IMG/VR virus record: IMGVR_UViG_3300008110_000029
DNA length: 64,000 nucleotides
Source: a virus
Lineage: Duplodnaviria > Heunggongvirae > Uroviricota > Caudoviricetes
Reading direction: 5' to 3' (one strand)
How positions within the stretch are numbered: position 1 is the stretch's first letter; every line of letters begins with the position of its first letter. Below are positions 1 to 8,359 of the stretch, piece after piece. Made by a program: the position numbers and the translations under genes. The notes beneath the pieces were generated by a model. The model worked only from the letters and a program-made list of their open reading frames with translations, searched no databases and was not told the DNA's origin.

Positions 1-598
1 TTGGTATGGTAAGGGTGTGTTTCCTTGGGAGCGCAGAGCTCATGGTGCAAACGAGCTAGCAGATTTTACTCCAGAGTTAGATTGGGAACCTTTACGTAAG
101 GAGATGAAAGAACATGGTGTACGAAATGCTACTCTTATGGCTATTGCTCCAGTTGAGTCTAGTAGTGTTGTTATTAATAGTACTAATGGAATAGAATTAC
201 CTATGAGCCTTATTTCTACTAAAGAGTCAAAGGCAGGATCATTTACACAGGTAGTTCCCGAGTATCATAGATTAAAAAACAAATATCAATTAATGTGGGA
301 ACAGCGTGACTGTTCTGGATATCTAAAAACAGCAGCAGTGTTAGCTGCCTATGTAGATCAAAGTATTAGTACCAATACATTCTACAATCCAGCACATTTT
401 ATAGATCGTAAAGTTCCAACTACATTAATTGCTAAAAACTTAATGCAAGCTCACATGTGGGGTTTAAAAACTTTCTATTATAGTTTGATTAACAAACAAG
501 GTAGTAAAGCACAAGAAGAAAAAGTTCAGGAAGTCGTTAATTATAATGGCTACCATAATGAAGAATTAGAAGATGATTGCGAGGCATGTAAACTATGA
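1..598 (+). CDS. nrdA: Ribonucleotide reductase class Ia alpha subunit, C-terminal fragment (gene begins upstream of the window)
   Basis: The ORF runs from the window edge. The C-terminal tail '...EELEDDCEACKL' matches the NrdA redox-active Cys-x2-Cys tail (E. coli '...DCESGACKI'). It lies directly upstream of nrdB, overlapping it by 4 nt. Confidence 0.8.
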   Translation, partial: WYGKGVFPWERRAHGANELADFTPELDWEPLRKEMKEHGVRNATLMAIAPVESSSVVINSTNGIELPMSLISTKESKAGSFTQVVPEYHRLKNKYQLMWEQRDCSGYLKTAAVLAAYVDQSISTNTFYNPAHFIDRKVPTTLIAKNLMQAHMWGLKTFYYSLINKQGSKAQEEKVQEVVNYNGYHNEELEDDCEACKL

Positions 599-1695
599 GT
601 ACGGCACAGTATAATTTAAACACAAAAACAGACTACCTTAATCGCAAAATGTTCCTTGATCCAGCCGGACCAGTTACTATTCAAAGGTTTGAGGAAGTCA
701 AATATAATAAAATTTCAGACTTTGAAAAAACAGCTAGGGGTTTCTTTTGGGTTCCTGAAGAAATTAGTCTAGCTAAAGATGCAAATGATTTTAAGGAAGC
801 CAGCGATGCAGTTAAACATATCTTCACTAGCAACCTGCTTAGGCAAACTGCTCTTGACAGTCTGCAAGGCCGCGGCCCAAGTCAAATCTTTACTCCGGTC
901 GTAAGTCTACCAGAACTAGAAGCACTGGTCTATAACTGGACATTCTTTGAAACAAACATCCACAGTCGCAGTTACAGTCACATTATTCGTAACATTTACA
1001 ATGTGCCCAAGGATGTATTCAACACAATCCATGACACCAAAGAAATTGTCGACATGGCTAGTTCAGTAGGTAATTATTATGAATCTTTACATCGTATCAA
1101 TATGCAAGTTGAACTAGGTATGGATGTCAAAAAAGAAGATCATATTAAAGCAATCTATCTAGCACTACATGCCAGTTATGCTCTCGAAGCATTCCGCTTT
1201 ATGGTATCGTTCGCTACATCACTAGCAATGGTTGAGAATAAGATCTTTATCGGCAACGGCAACATCATCAGTTTGATTCTACAAGACGAATTGCTACACA
1301 AAGGATGGACTGCTTGGTTAATCAATCAAGTGGTCAAAGAAGATCAAAGATTTGCCCAGGCAGCTCGAGAATGTCAAGAAGAAGTAATTCAAATTTACAA
1401 AGATGTTATTGCAGAAGAAAAAGGGTGGGCTGACTATCTGTTTAAGAAAGGTCCGGTGATTGGATTGAATGCTAACATTCTAAAAGACTTTGTAGACTAT
1501 ACTGCTGTTGGAGCATTAAAAGATATTGGTATTAAATATTGGGATGTTGCTCCTAAAACTACACCAATTCCTTGGTTCAATAAACATTCAGACACCAGTA
1601 AAAAACAAACGGCTCTGCAAGAAAATGAATCAACTAATTATGTCATTGGTGTAATGAGTGATGCTCTAAATTATGCAGAGCTTCCAGCAATTTAA
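595..1695 (+). CDS. nrdB: Ribonucleotide reductase beta subunit (di-iron/tyrosyl radical, ferritin-like)
   Basis: 366 aa, a typical NrdB length. Ferritin-like helices carry conserved Glu/His ligand contexts (e.g. 'ELLHKGW') and an acidic C-terminal tail. It is translationally coupled to nrdA (ATGA overlap). Confidence 0.88.
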   Translation: MSTAQYNLNTKTDYLNRKMFLDPAGPVTIQRFEEVKYNKISDFEKTARGFFWVPEEISLAKDANDFKEASDAVKHIFTSNLLRQTALDSLQGRGPSQIFTPVVSLPELEALVYNWTFFETNIHSRSYSHIIRNIYNVPKDVFNTIHDTKEIVDMASSVGNYYESLHRINMQVELGMDVKKEDHIKAIYLALHASYALEAFRFMVSFATSLAMVENKIFIGNGNIISLILQDELLHKGWTAWLINQVVKEDQRFAQAARECQEEVIQIYKDVIAEEKGWADYLFKKGPVIGLNANILKDFVDYTAVGALKDIGIKYWDVAPKTTPIPWFNKHSDTSKKQTALQENESTNYVIGVMSDALNYAELPAI

Positions 1696-1707
1696 TTAAG
1701 TAAAGAT

Positions 1708-1875
1708 ATGTATAAAGCACAGTTTAAAAGTAAGAGTCCATACGAATCGTGGACTACTCTTGGAACATTTGGAACAGAAGCCCAAGCTATCTCTGCTGCT
1801 CTACAAAAAAAACAAAAAGGTGCTGTTATGGTTAGAGTTGTTGATAAAAACAACAGCATTGTTTATTCAAGTTAA
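1708..1875 (+). CDS. Small hypothetical ORF (55 aa) in the nrdB-grx spacer
   Basis: ATG at 1708 to TAA at 1873-1875. It fills an otherwise empty 190-nt gap. No recognisable motif. Confidence 0.2.
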   Translation: MYKAQFKSKSPYESWTTLGTFGTEAQAISAALQKKQKGAVMVRVVDKNNSIVYSS

Positions 1876-1884
1876 GGAAGAAAG

Positions 1885-2124
1885 ATGAAAGCAGTAGTAT
1901 GGAGTAAGTATCATTGTCCATTCTGTGATCAAGCTAAGGCACTGCTCACAGCAAAGGGCATTCAGTTTGAAGAAAAGAAAATTGGCGATGGATTTACCAA
2001 AGAAGATTTATTAGAAGCTGTTCCTAATGCAAGAACAGTTCCACAAATTTTCTTAGATGATAAGTTAATTGGTGGTTTTACAGAATTAAAAGCATATCTA
2101 GCAAAGGAACAAAATGTTAATTGA
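1885..2124 (+). CDS. Glutaredoxin (likely reductant for the phage RNR)
   Basis: 79 aa. The N-terminal 'KYHCPFCDQAK' is a CPxC glutaredoxin active site. 'TVPQIFLDDKLIGGFTEL' is the glutathione-binding region. RBS AAGGAAG sits upstream. Confidence 0.78.
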   Translation: MKAVVWSKYHCPFCDQAKALLTAKGIQFEEKKIGDGFTKEDLLEAVPNARTVPQIFLDDKLIGGFTELKAYLAKEQNVN

Positions 2125-2404
2125 TAAAGGCGTAACAGAAGGTGAAGTAGTAACTCTAAAACTATCAACTGGTGAAGAGTTAATAGCAAAATTAATTGAG
2201 GATGGTGCCCTCTATTACAAATTAAGTAAGCCCATGGTTCTTAGTATGACACAAAAGGGTGTGGGCATGATGCCTTATCTTTTTACAGTTAATCCAGAAA
2301 AAGAAATTAAATTGTTTAAGACCAATGTAGTGGTGTTAGAAGCTACTGACAAAGATTTTGCTACTGCATATACGCAACAAACAACAGGAATAGCTCTAGC
2401 ATAA
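2114..2404 (+). CDS. Hypothetical protein (96 aa)
   Basis: ORF overlapping the grx stop. No recognisable motif. Confidence 0.4.
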   Translation: MLIDKGVTEGEVVTLKLSTGEELIAKLIEDGALYYKLSKPMVLSMTQKGVGMMPYLFTVNPEKEIKLFKTNVVVLEATDKDFATAYTQQTTGIALA

Positions 2405-2405
2405 T

Positions 2406-3434
2406 ATGGTAAAAGCAATACAGAGACTCAAGGATGAAAACACATCCGGTGGTGAGATTGTCGAAACCGATGGCAACACTACTGTTTATGCTAATGATCG
2501 TTTAGTATCTGTTAATACAAGTTTAGTTGGAGAATTCATAGAAGGCGATATACAAGCCAACGATGTAACCGCTAACGGAAGCAATGCAGTGTTTGTTCGT
2601 TTAATTGGAGTCAACTACACAACTAATAAAGACGAAAGTGGTGCTACTAGAATTGGTGGTAGTTCGGACGTTTTTGTTGGAGATGATGTTGATCAAGATA
2701 TTCCTAGTATTAGAGAAGTTGTAACTGCCGACGATCTTGACCTCGATCCTGAAGATCCAGGAGCTGGCCGAAGAAGGTACGAAGAGCTAGTAAGAAATGG
2801 TACTATTAGCAAACGAGAACAAGATGTTGCTTCCCCAAAACCCAGTGGAAAGAAAGATACTGCTCCTAGTAAATTTACCGGGACACCAACAACTGCCTGC
2901 GAAGGAATTGAATTAATAGTTGAACCCCCCGGTCTTCCTCCATTACAGGGATCGGTGTTAGATGCTGTTCAATTGTCACCAAGATTCACTGTTGGAAAAC
3001 TAACTAGAGCTCCTAATATAATTTTTGATCATCCCCTTAAACTTGGTGATTTAAGATTATCATTAGCAGAAACTGTGTGTAATTTAAAATTACTAGCAAT
3101 CAATGTTTTAGAACCTATTTTTTCTAAATACCCAAATGCTTTTATAACAAATACATTTAGACCTGCATCAACAAGTCAAAAAAGTCAACATGTTACAGGA
3201 CAAGCGGTGGATTTGCAATTTAGAAATGTCACTAAAGGTGATTATTATATAATTGCTCAAGATTTAAAAAATTTAGTCCCTTTTGATCAATTTTTATTAG
3301 AATATAAAACTACAGGTACTAGATTACCGTGGATACATATAAGTTTTAGTAAATCCAACAATAGAAAACAGGTTCTTACTTTGCTTAATGATACAACATA
3401 TGGTCAAGGACTAATTGATTTACAGGCACAATAA
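2406..3434 (+). CDS. Hypothetical protein with C-terminal peptidase-M15-like (zinc D-Ala-D-Ala/L-Ala-D-Glu peptidase) motif
   Basis: 342 aa. The C-terminal 'SQKSQHVTGQAVDLQF...WIHISF' fits the M15 'H-x2-G-x-A-x-D ... H' zinc-binding pattern. The N-terminal half is Gly/Asp-rich. Confidence 0.4.
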   Translation: MVKAIQRLKDENTSGGEIVETDGNTTVYANDRLVSVNTSLVGEFIEGDIQANDVTANGSNAVFVRLIGVNYTTNKDESGATRIGGSSDVFVGDDVDQDIPSIREVVTADDLDLDPEDPGAGRRRYEELVRNGTISKREQDVASPKPSGKKDTAPSKFTGTPTTACEGIELIVEPPGLPPLQGSVLDAVQLSPRFTVGKLTRAPNIIFDHPLKLGDLRLSLAETVCNLKLLAINVLEPIFSKYPNAFITNTFRPASTSQKSQHVTGQAVDLQFRNVTKGDYYIIAQDLKNLVPFDQFLLEYKTTGTRLPWIHISFSKSNNRKQVLTLLNDTTYGQGLIDLQAQ

Positions 3435-3844
3435 TGAAAAAATTATTTTGGAACATTTTAGGATTTTTAAGTTTGGGTATGGCCTACATAGGTTTGGTAA
3501 CCCCCGGCATTCCTTACTCACCATTCATTGTATTTTCTGCATATTGTTTTAGCAAAGGCTCAGAACGTATGCATCGTTGGATCTACAATCATAAGATTTT
3601 TGGTCCGTTCTTAACCAACTGGACAGAAAAGCGTGTGTTCCCAACTAAACTAAGATATCTCATGTTAGCCATGATGAGTCTAAGTTTAGTGCTGATGTGG
3701 ACGGGAGGGGTTAAGCCTATAGGGATAATCAGCACAGCAATATTCATGCTTTTAGTTGCAGTGTGGGCCTGGAGATATCCAGCAACACCAGAAGAACATG
3801 ATCAAAGAAAATTAGATAATAAGAGGATTGGATGGCTAAAATAA
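3434..3844 (+). CDS. DUF454 (YbaN-like) inner-membrane protein
   Basis: 136 aa. 'PGIPYSPFIVFSAYCFSKGSERMHRWIYNHKIFGPFLTNW' matches the YbaN/DUF454 signature. Two to three TM segments. Confidence 0.5.
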   Translation: MKKLFWNILGFLSLGMAYIGLVTPGIPYSPFIVFSAYCFSKGSERMHRWIYNHKIFGPFLTNWTEKRVFPTKLRYLMLAMMSLSLVLMWTGGVKPIGIISTAIFMLLVAVWAWRYPATPEEHDQRKLDNKRIGWLK

Positions 3845-4089
3845 CATTGAACGAATTAATTGACATTGCTTTTGCTGCCGAGGAAGGGGATCCAATTGAG
3901 TGGGGAATCTTTACCAACGGTAAAGAACAAGCAATGACAATGATCGGAACTAGTATCTTAGAACAGTTCGACAAAGACATTATTACAGATGAAGATAAAC
4001 TAATACTGTTAGCAACAATTACTAAATTGGTAACAGAAAATATGGTATTAAACACAAAGCTATTGACATTGTCTAAAAAAGATAGTTAA
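3832..4089 (+). CDS. Hypothetical protein (85 aa)
   Basis: ORF only. Confidence 0.35.
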   Translation: MAKITLNELIDIAFAAEEGDPIEWGIFTNGKEQAMTMIGTSILEQFDKDIITDEDKLILLATITKLVTENMVLNTKLLTLSKKDS

Positions 4090-4299
4090 ATAACATATGA
4101 ACGATGATTTAACAAGATTCTTAGTTGGTTTTCTTATAGTCGCGGCTGTGCTTTTTATTATACTACTATGATTTTTAATCTTTTAATTTTAGCATTTGCT
4201 GTATACTGTTTAGTAGTATGGATCCATGCGTTAGTAACATACGATTGGACTAAATTTGAAGAGGATTCAAAAGACGACGATTTTTTGAAACCTTATGAA

Positions 4300-4370
4300 T
4301 AAAGAATTGTTGTAATTCCTTCAAAGTGAAGGCATTCTGGACGCGGGTTCGACTCCCGCCAGGTCCACCA
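4300..4370 (+). ncRNA. ssrA: tmRNA (SsrA) acceptor piece of a permuted two-piece tmRNA: T-arm plus 3' acceptor strand plus encoded CCA
   Basis: Positions 4339-4370 'GGACGCGGGTTCGACTCCCGCCAGGTCCACCA' align with the tmRNA 3' end (E. coli '...GGACGGGGGTTCAAATCCCCCCGGCTCCACCA'). T-stem GCGGG/CCCGC, 7-nt T-loop TTCGACT, acceptor 3' strand CAGGTCC, discriminator A, CCA at 4368-4370. The 5' boundary is approximate. Confidence 0.65.
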
Positions 4371-4491
4371 ATAGAGATGATTATGAACACTACACAAACT
4401 ATAAAATTAGCAGGATTTTTTCTAGGAACGTATATTTTATACAGACTAGGATTAGAAGTTTGGTGTATAGTTTATGGACTACTTTATTGAT

Positions 4492-4738
4492 GGGCCTGAC
4501 ATGGTTTCGACAGGGTGAGATAATAGAGACGGCAACACGGTAGGCGATGACCGTAAATCAAGCAAATCTATAAATGCAAACGATAATGCATTTGACTTTA
4601 CAGCAATGAGCTTCACCGGTAACACTGTTGCCAATGACAGCAAATTTGCTCTAGCAGCCTAAGAAACTGCAAGTCCGGGGTAGCTATACCTTGTAACCCA
4701 AAATAGTGAAAAGCCCCCTTGGGGGCTTTTCTTTATTG
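4492..4738 (+). ncRNA. ssrA: tmRNA (SsrA) coding piece: 5' acceptor strand, tag reading frame (4576..4662, ...ANDSKFALAA-stop) and 3' terminator
   Basis: 4492-4515 'GGGCCTGACATGGTTTCGACAGGG' matches the conserved tmRNA 5' end 'GGGGCUGAUUCUGGAUUCGACGGG'. GGGCCTG pairs with CAGGTCC of the acceptor piece (7 bp, one G-U). The tag frame begins GCA AAC GAT (A-N-D) and ends GCT CTA GCA GCC TAA (A-L-A-A-stop). Confidence 0.65.
4712..4735. terminator. Rho-independent terminator (bidirectional hairpin)
   Basis: 'AAAAGCCCCCTTGGGGGCTTTTCTTT': GC stem flanked by an A-run and a T-run. It lies 3' of the tmRNA coding piece and 3' of the minus-strand gene ending at 4733. Confidence 0.65.
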
Positions 4739-5197
4739 CGGATAGACTAAAACGTTTTCTTCGGTTCCGATAATAGGATCAACTATAAGTTTCCCAAATC
4801 CTAGCATGGTCTGATTAGTGTTAATAGCAATGTCTTTGTTATTGTTGCTGTTGACTATGGCAAGATCAGTGCTTTTCCCAATACCATAAATTTGAGTAAG
4901 GCTGGGCACAATTACACTAGCCCACCGCAGAGCTGTGTCGCCTGTGCTAGTAGGTTGCTGTAGCTTAGGACTGTTGTTTTCCGGTGCGCCTTGCTGTAAT
5001 GCAATTACAGCGGCTACACGAGCCGTGGTGTCGCCACTATTGGCAATAGCTTCTAATGCCTTGTATCGTGCAATTTCTGCTTCTGCTCTTGCTAGGGCAA
5101 TATTTTCTTGGGTTTGGGCGTATTGTTGGTAGTTGTTAGATGCACAACCAGTTAGTGTTATGACGCAGATGGCGCCGGCGAGAATAGTTTTTCTCAT
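4733..5197 (-). CDS. Hypothetical lipoprotein
   Basis: 154 aa. The N-terminal 'MRKTILAGAICVITLTGCAS' is a lipobox signal peptide. An Ala-rich helical segment follows. Confidence 0.5.
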   Translation of the reverse strand: MRKTILAGAICVITLTGCASNNYQQYAQTQENIALARAEAEIARYKALEAIANSGDTTARVAAVIALQQGAPENNSPKLQQPTSTGDTALRWASVIVPSLTQIYGIGKSTDLAIVNSNNNKDIAINTNQTMLGFGKLIVDPIIGTEENVLVYPQ

Positions 5198-5293
5198 AAT
5201 AGTTTCCTTATAAATGATTTTATTTGGAAACTACTTAGATCAACTTACTCCCAATATAATATTGGCATATAAGGCTTAACAGCGAAAGAATTT

Positions 5294-6148
5294 ATGAAAC
5301 GTACCTCTATTAAAGAACTTTTTGGCGGTGAAGTTGCCTTCACCAAGTTCATCTCTCAAGATATTCAAACTGCCAAACGTTTGATTAATGCTATTTCTGC
5401 AGACTATGACGATGATTATACAGTCAAACCAGAGGATCATACGATTGATTCAAAACGTGTTGATCTTGTAATCCGCGATTCAGAAAACGTAGTTGCGTAT
5501 GTAATTGAAAGCCAAGATTGTACTGGCTGGCTTGATTCAATTCATGCCAGCAAGATTCTTTATTATATGTACGAAAAAGAATGTTCAGAAGGTATTTTAC
5601 TTTGCGAAGATGCAGATGAGCATATCAAAGGATTTGTTCGTTGGTGCAATGAAAATACACCTGTACAGATTTGGTTGATGAGTGCTGTATGTTTTGAAGT
5701 TAATAATTCAAAGTATGTAGACTTCATTCCTTTGATTCGGCCAGGTATGCTTAAAGATAAAAAGATTCGTCGAGTATCATCAAACGGATCTACATCAGCG
5801 TCTGTAGACTTTTCAGAAATGTTACAAGAAAAAGCAGACCAACATCCTGGTTTATTCACGAATGTAAGATCAAGATATCTCAGTACAAATGGTGTAGGAG
5901 GATCTGGGATCAACGTAGGTATTAGTCCACGTAAGAGTGGTTACTTTATGGTTACCATTTGGCATGCAGGCAAATGGAATAATGATAAATTTAGAAATAG
6001 TTTTAATGAATTTGTTAAAAACGAAACTAATCTAGAACCTAAGTGGCAAGATAGACAGAGTTATGTAAATGTAGATTCTTGGGACGAAGGTATAGAAGTT
6101 TATAAAAAATTTATAGATGGTTTAAAGTCTAAACAGATTGTCGGATAA
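5294..6148 (+). CDS. Hypothetical protein (284 aa)
   Basis: ORF with an upstream A/T-rich region. A possible PD-(D/E)xK-like core ('VDLVIRDSENVVAYVIESQD') is only a weak guess. Confidence 0.45.
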   Translation: MKRTSIKELFGGEVAFTKFISQDIQTAKRLINAISADYDDDYTVKPEDHTIDSKRVDLVIRDSENVVAYVIESQDCTGWLDSIHASKILYYMYEKECSEGILLCEDADEHIKGFVRWCNENTPVQIWLMSAVCFEVNNSKYVDFIPLIRPGMLKDKKIRRVSSNGSTSASVDFSEMLQEKADQHPGLFTNVRSRYLSTNGVGGSGINVGISPRKSGYFMVTIWHAGKWNNDKFRNSFNEFVKNETNLEPKWQDRQSYVNVDSWDEGIEVYKKFIDGLKSKQIVG

Positions 6149-6294
6149 TTTGATATTGAAAAATCCTATTATCGTCATTGAAAAATATTAGACAAAATCT
6201 ATAGATTTTGTTTGATTTATAGGATAACTAAATGTATAGTTATACATAGAACTTGTTGTTCTTTACGTTTTCAACACACACTTAAGGAGATAAA

Positions 6295-6828
6295 ATGAAA
6301 ACAGTTGGTGATAAAATTGAAGCATTTGCCGTAACCGGCGTTAATCCTGGTAAAGATGATTTCTTTACCATTACTGAAAAGTCATACGAAGGTAAGTGGA
6401 AAGTAATTGTTTACTATCCAAAAGACTTTACATTTGTATGCCCAACAGAAATCGTAGCATACGATAAATTGAATAGTGATTTTGCCGATCGTGACGCAGT
6501 ATTACTAACTGGTTCAACAGATAACGAATTCTGTAAACTGGCATGGCAAGCAGCCCATGAAGATCTTAAAAAAATCAAACATGTTCAGTTTGCTGATACA
6601 CAGCGTAACGAATTGAGCCTTATTGATCAGCTTGGCGTATTCTATGCTCCAGCAGGTGCTGCACTTCGTGCAACATTCATTGTTGATCCAGAGAATGTTA
6701 TCCAACACATTACTGTCAACAACTTGAATGTTGGTCGCTCACCAGAAGAAACACTTCGTGTATTAGACGCATTGCAAACAGGTGAACTTTGTGCTTGCAA
6801 CCGTACAGTTGGCGGAGAGACACTGTAA
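6295..6828 (+). CDS. ahpC: Peroxiredoxin, AhpC/TSA family
   Basis: 177 aa. The peroxidatic-Cys motif 'FTFVCPTEI' is present, with C-terminal Cys residues ('CACN'). RBS AAGGAGA sits upstream. The partner ahpD follows with a TAATG overlap. Confidence 0.82.
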   Translation: MKTVGDKIEAFAVTGVNPGKDDFFTITEKSYEGKWKVIVYYPKDFTFVCPTEIVAYDKLNSDFADRDAVLLTGSTDNEFCKLAWQAAHEDLKKIKHVQFADTQRNELSLIDQLGVFYAPAGAALRATFIVDPENVIQHITVNNLNVGRSPEETLRVLDALQTGELCACNRTVGGETL

Positions 6829-7343
6829 TGACTGCTTGGGTAGATCAAATTAAAGAAACTATTCCGGACTATGCTAAAGACACTCGTCTTAACATTGATG
6901 CAGTAGTTAAGCGTTCTACTCTACCCCAAGAAGAAGCAGAAGCTGTTGCTATCGCAGCGGCTTTTGCCACAGGTAATAGTAAACTGTGGACTTGGATGCA
7001 GAGTCAGGCAATAGATAAGAAAGAAGCTGAAGCAGCAGTTACCGCAGCTAGTCTAATGGCCATGAACAATGTATGGTACCCATTCGTTGAAATGGCTGAG
7101 GATCCTAATCTAACAGGATTACCGGCACAGTTGCGTATGAACGCAATTACTACACATGGCGGCACTACTAAAGCAAGATTTGAAGCATATTCTTTATCTG
7201 CTAGTATTGTTGGCAAGTGTCATTTTTGTGTGAAAGCACATTATGAAACACTCAAGCAAGAAGGATATACAGTAGAACAATTACGTGATATTGGGCGCAT
7301 AGCGGCAGTTATCACCAGTGTATCCAGAGTACTAAATAGTTAA
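6828..7343 (+). CDS. ahpD: AhpD-like alkylhydroperoxidase (carboxymuconolactone decarboxylase family)
   Basis: The 'CHFCVKAH' Cys-x-x-Cys-x-x-x-His motif is typical of AhpD. The start was taken as the ATG overlapping the ahpC stop (TAATG). Confidence 0.75.
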   Translation: MTAWVDQIKETIPDYAKDTRLNIDAVVKRSTLPQEEAEAVAIAAAFATGNSKLWTWMQSQAIDKKEAEAAVTAASLMAMNNVWYPFVEMAEDPNLTGLPAQLRMNAITTHGGTTKARFEAYSLSASIVGKCHFCVKAHYETLKQEGYTVEQLRDIGRIAAVITSVSRVLNS

Positions 7344-7383
7344 TCGCCGTAACAGAACTGTAATCTTAGGTCTCTTAAATAAG

Positions 7384-7417
7384 AAGGTACAACATAGTGT
7401 TGTACCTTTCTTTTTAT
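7384..7417 (+). terminator. Rho-independent terminator after ahpD
   Basis: 'AAGGTACAACATAGTGTTGTACCTTTCTTTTTATT': 11-bp stem followed by a T-run. Confidence 0.65.
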
Positions 7418-7439
7418 TCACTCACACAAGGAGATTACA

Positions 7440-8307
7440 GTGAAAAAAATCATACTGACACTACTGGCGGCATTGACCGTTTCAGCACATGCAGCGGATC
7501 TAACAGGAGCAGGGGCAACATTTCCTTATCCTATCTATTCAAAATGGGCCGAAGCATATAAAGCAGCAACAGGCATCGGACTCAACTATCAATCAATTGG
7601 TTCAGGCGGCGGCATCCGTCAAATCAAAGCTAAGATTGTAGATTTTGGCGCCAGTGACATGCCACTAAAACAAGACGAATTAGACAAAGACGGTCTAATG
7701 CAATTCCCTGCAATCATTGGCGGAGTTGTGCCGATTGTAAACATTGATGGTATTGGTGCAGGACAACTTAAACTTACCTCAGACATTATTGCTGACATCT
7801 ATATGGGTAAGATCGTCAAGTGGGATCATCCCAGCATCACAGCAATCAATCCAGGATTAAAATTACCTAATGCAAATATCTCTGTGGTTCACCGCAGTGA
7901 TGGTTCAGGTACAACCTTTATATGGACTAACTGGTTAAGCAAGACTAATAAAGAATGGGCAGATAAAGTCAAAGACGGCACCGCAGTCAAATGGCCAATG
8001 GGTGTAGGTGGTAAGGGCAATGAAGGTGTAAGTGCTGTGGTCCAACAACTAAAAAATAGTATTGGTTATGTAGAATATGCCTATGCTAAACGCAACAAGA
8101 TTCCACACGCACAAGTCAAAAATCGTGATGGCAACTTTGTACAGCCTAGCGATGATACATTCAAGGCAGCGGCAGCAGGTGCAGACTGGGCAAATGCTCC
8201 AGGGTTCTATCTATTGTGTACATCTTCCACAATCTGTTATTACATTAGTACAGAATCATTGGAAGACTCAGTTAAAAGATAAGGATAGCAACGCTATTTG
8301 GAAGTAA
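7440..8307 (+). CDS. pstS: Phosphate-binding periplasmic protein PstS; the 3' end appears frameshifted (main frame to 8282, conserved C-terminus continues in +1 frame to 8307)
   Basis: GTG start with RBS AAGGAGA and a signal peptide. 'LTGAGATFPYPIYSKWAEAYK', 'FGASD', 'HRSDGSGTTF' and 'GYVEYAYAK' match PstS throughout. The +1-frame ORF 8077..8307 ends 'LPQSVITLVQNHWKTQLKDKDSNAIWK', matching the PstS C-terminus '[26 protein letters not shown]'. Confidence 0.75.
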
Positions 8308-8317
8308 GCAGTACCCA

Positions 8318-8337
8318 CCGCCAGTGATCACTGGCGG
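8318..8337. promoter_or_regulatory. Perfect 20-nt palindrome CCGCCAGTGATCACTGGCGG between pstS and the porin gene (terminator or operator)
   Basis: The 10-nt arms are exact reverse complements. It is followed by a weak T-tract, 23 nt before the porin start. Confidence 0.3.
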
Positions 8338-8359
8338 ATCTATTTTATAAGGATTTAAA

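Noticed and set aside
2114-2404. Considered a GroES/gp31-type co-chaperonin because of its size and position in a genome that also encodes DnaK.
   Set aside because: No GroES mobile-loop or gp31 motifs are visible. Left as hypothetical.
4330-4380. Stand-alone tRNA gene (the T-arm plus CCA was spotted first).
   Set aside because: No matching 5' acceptor strand, D-arm or anticodon arm lies upstream. The complementary 5' strand and a tmRNA tag frame lie downstream, so it is the acceptor piece of a permuted tmRNA.
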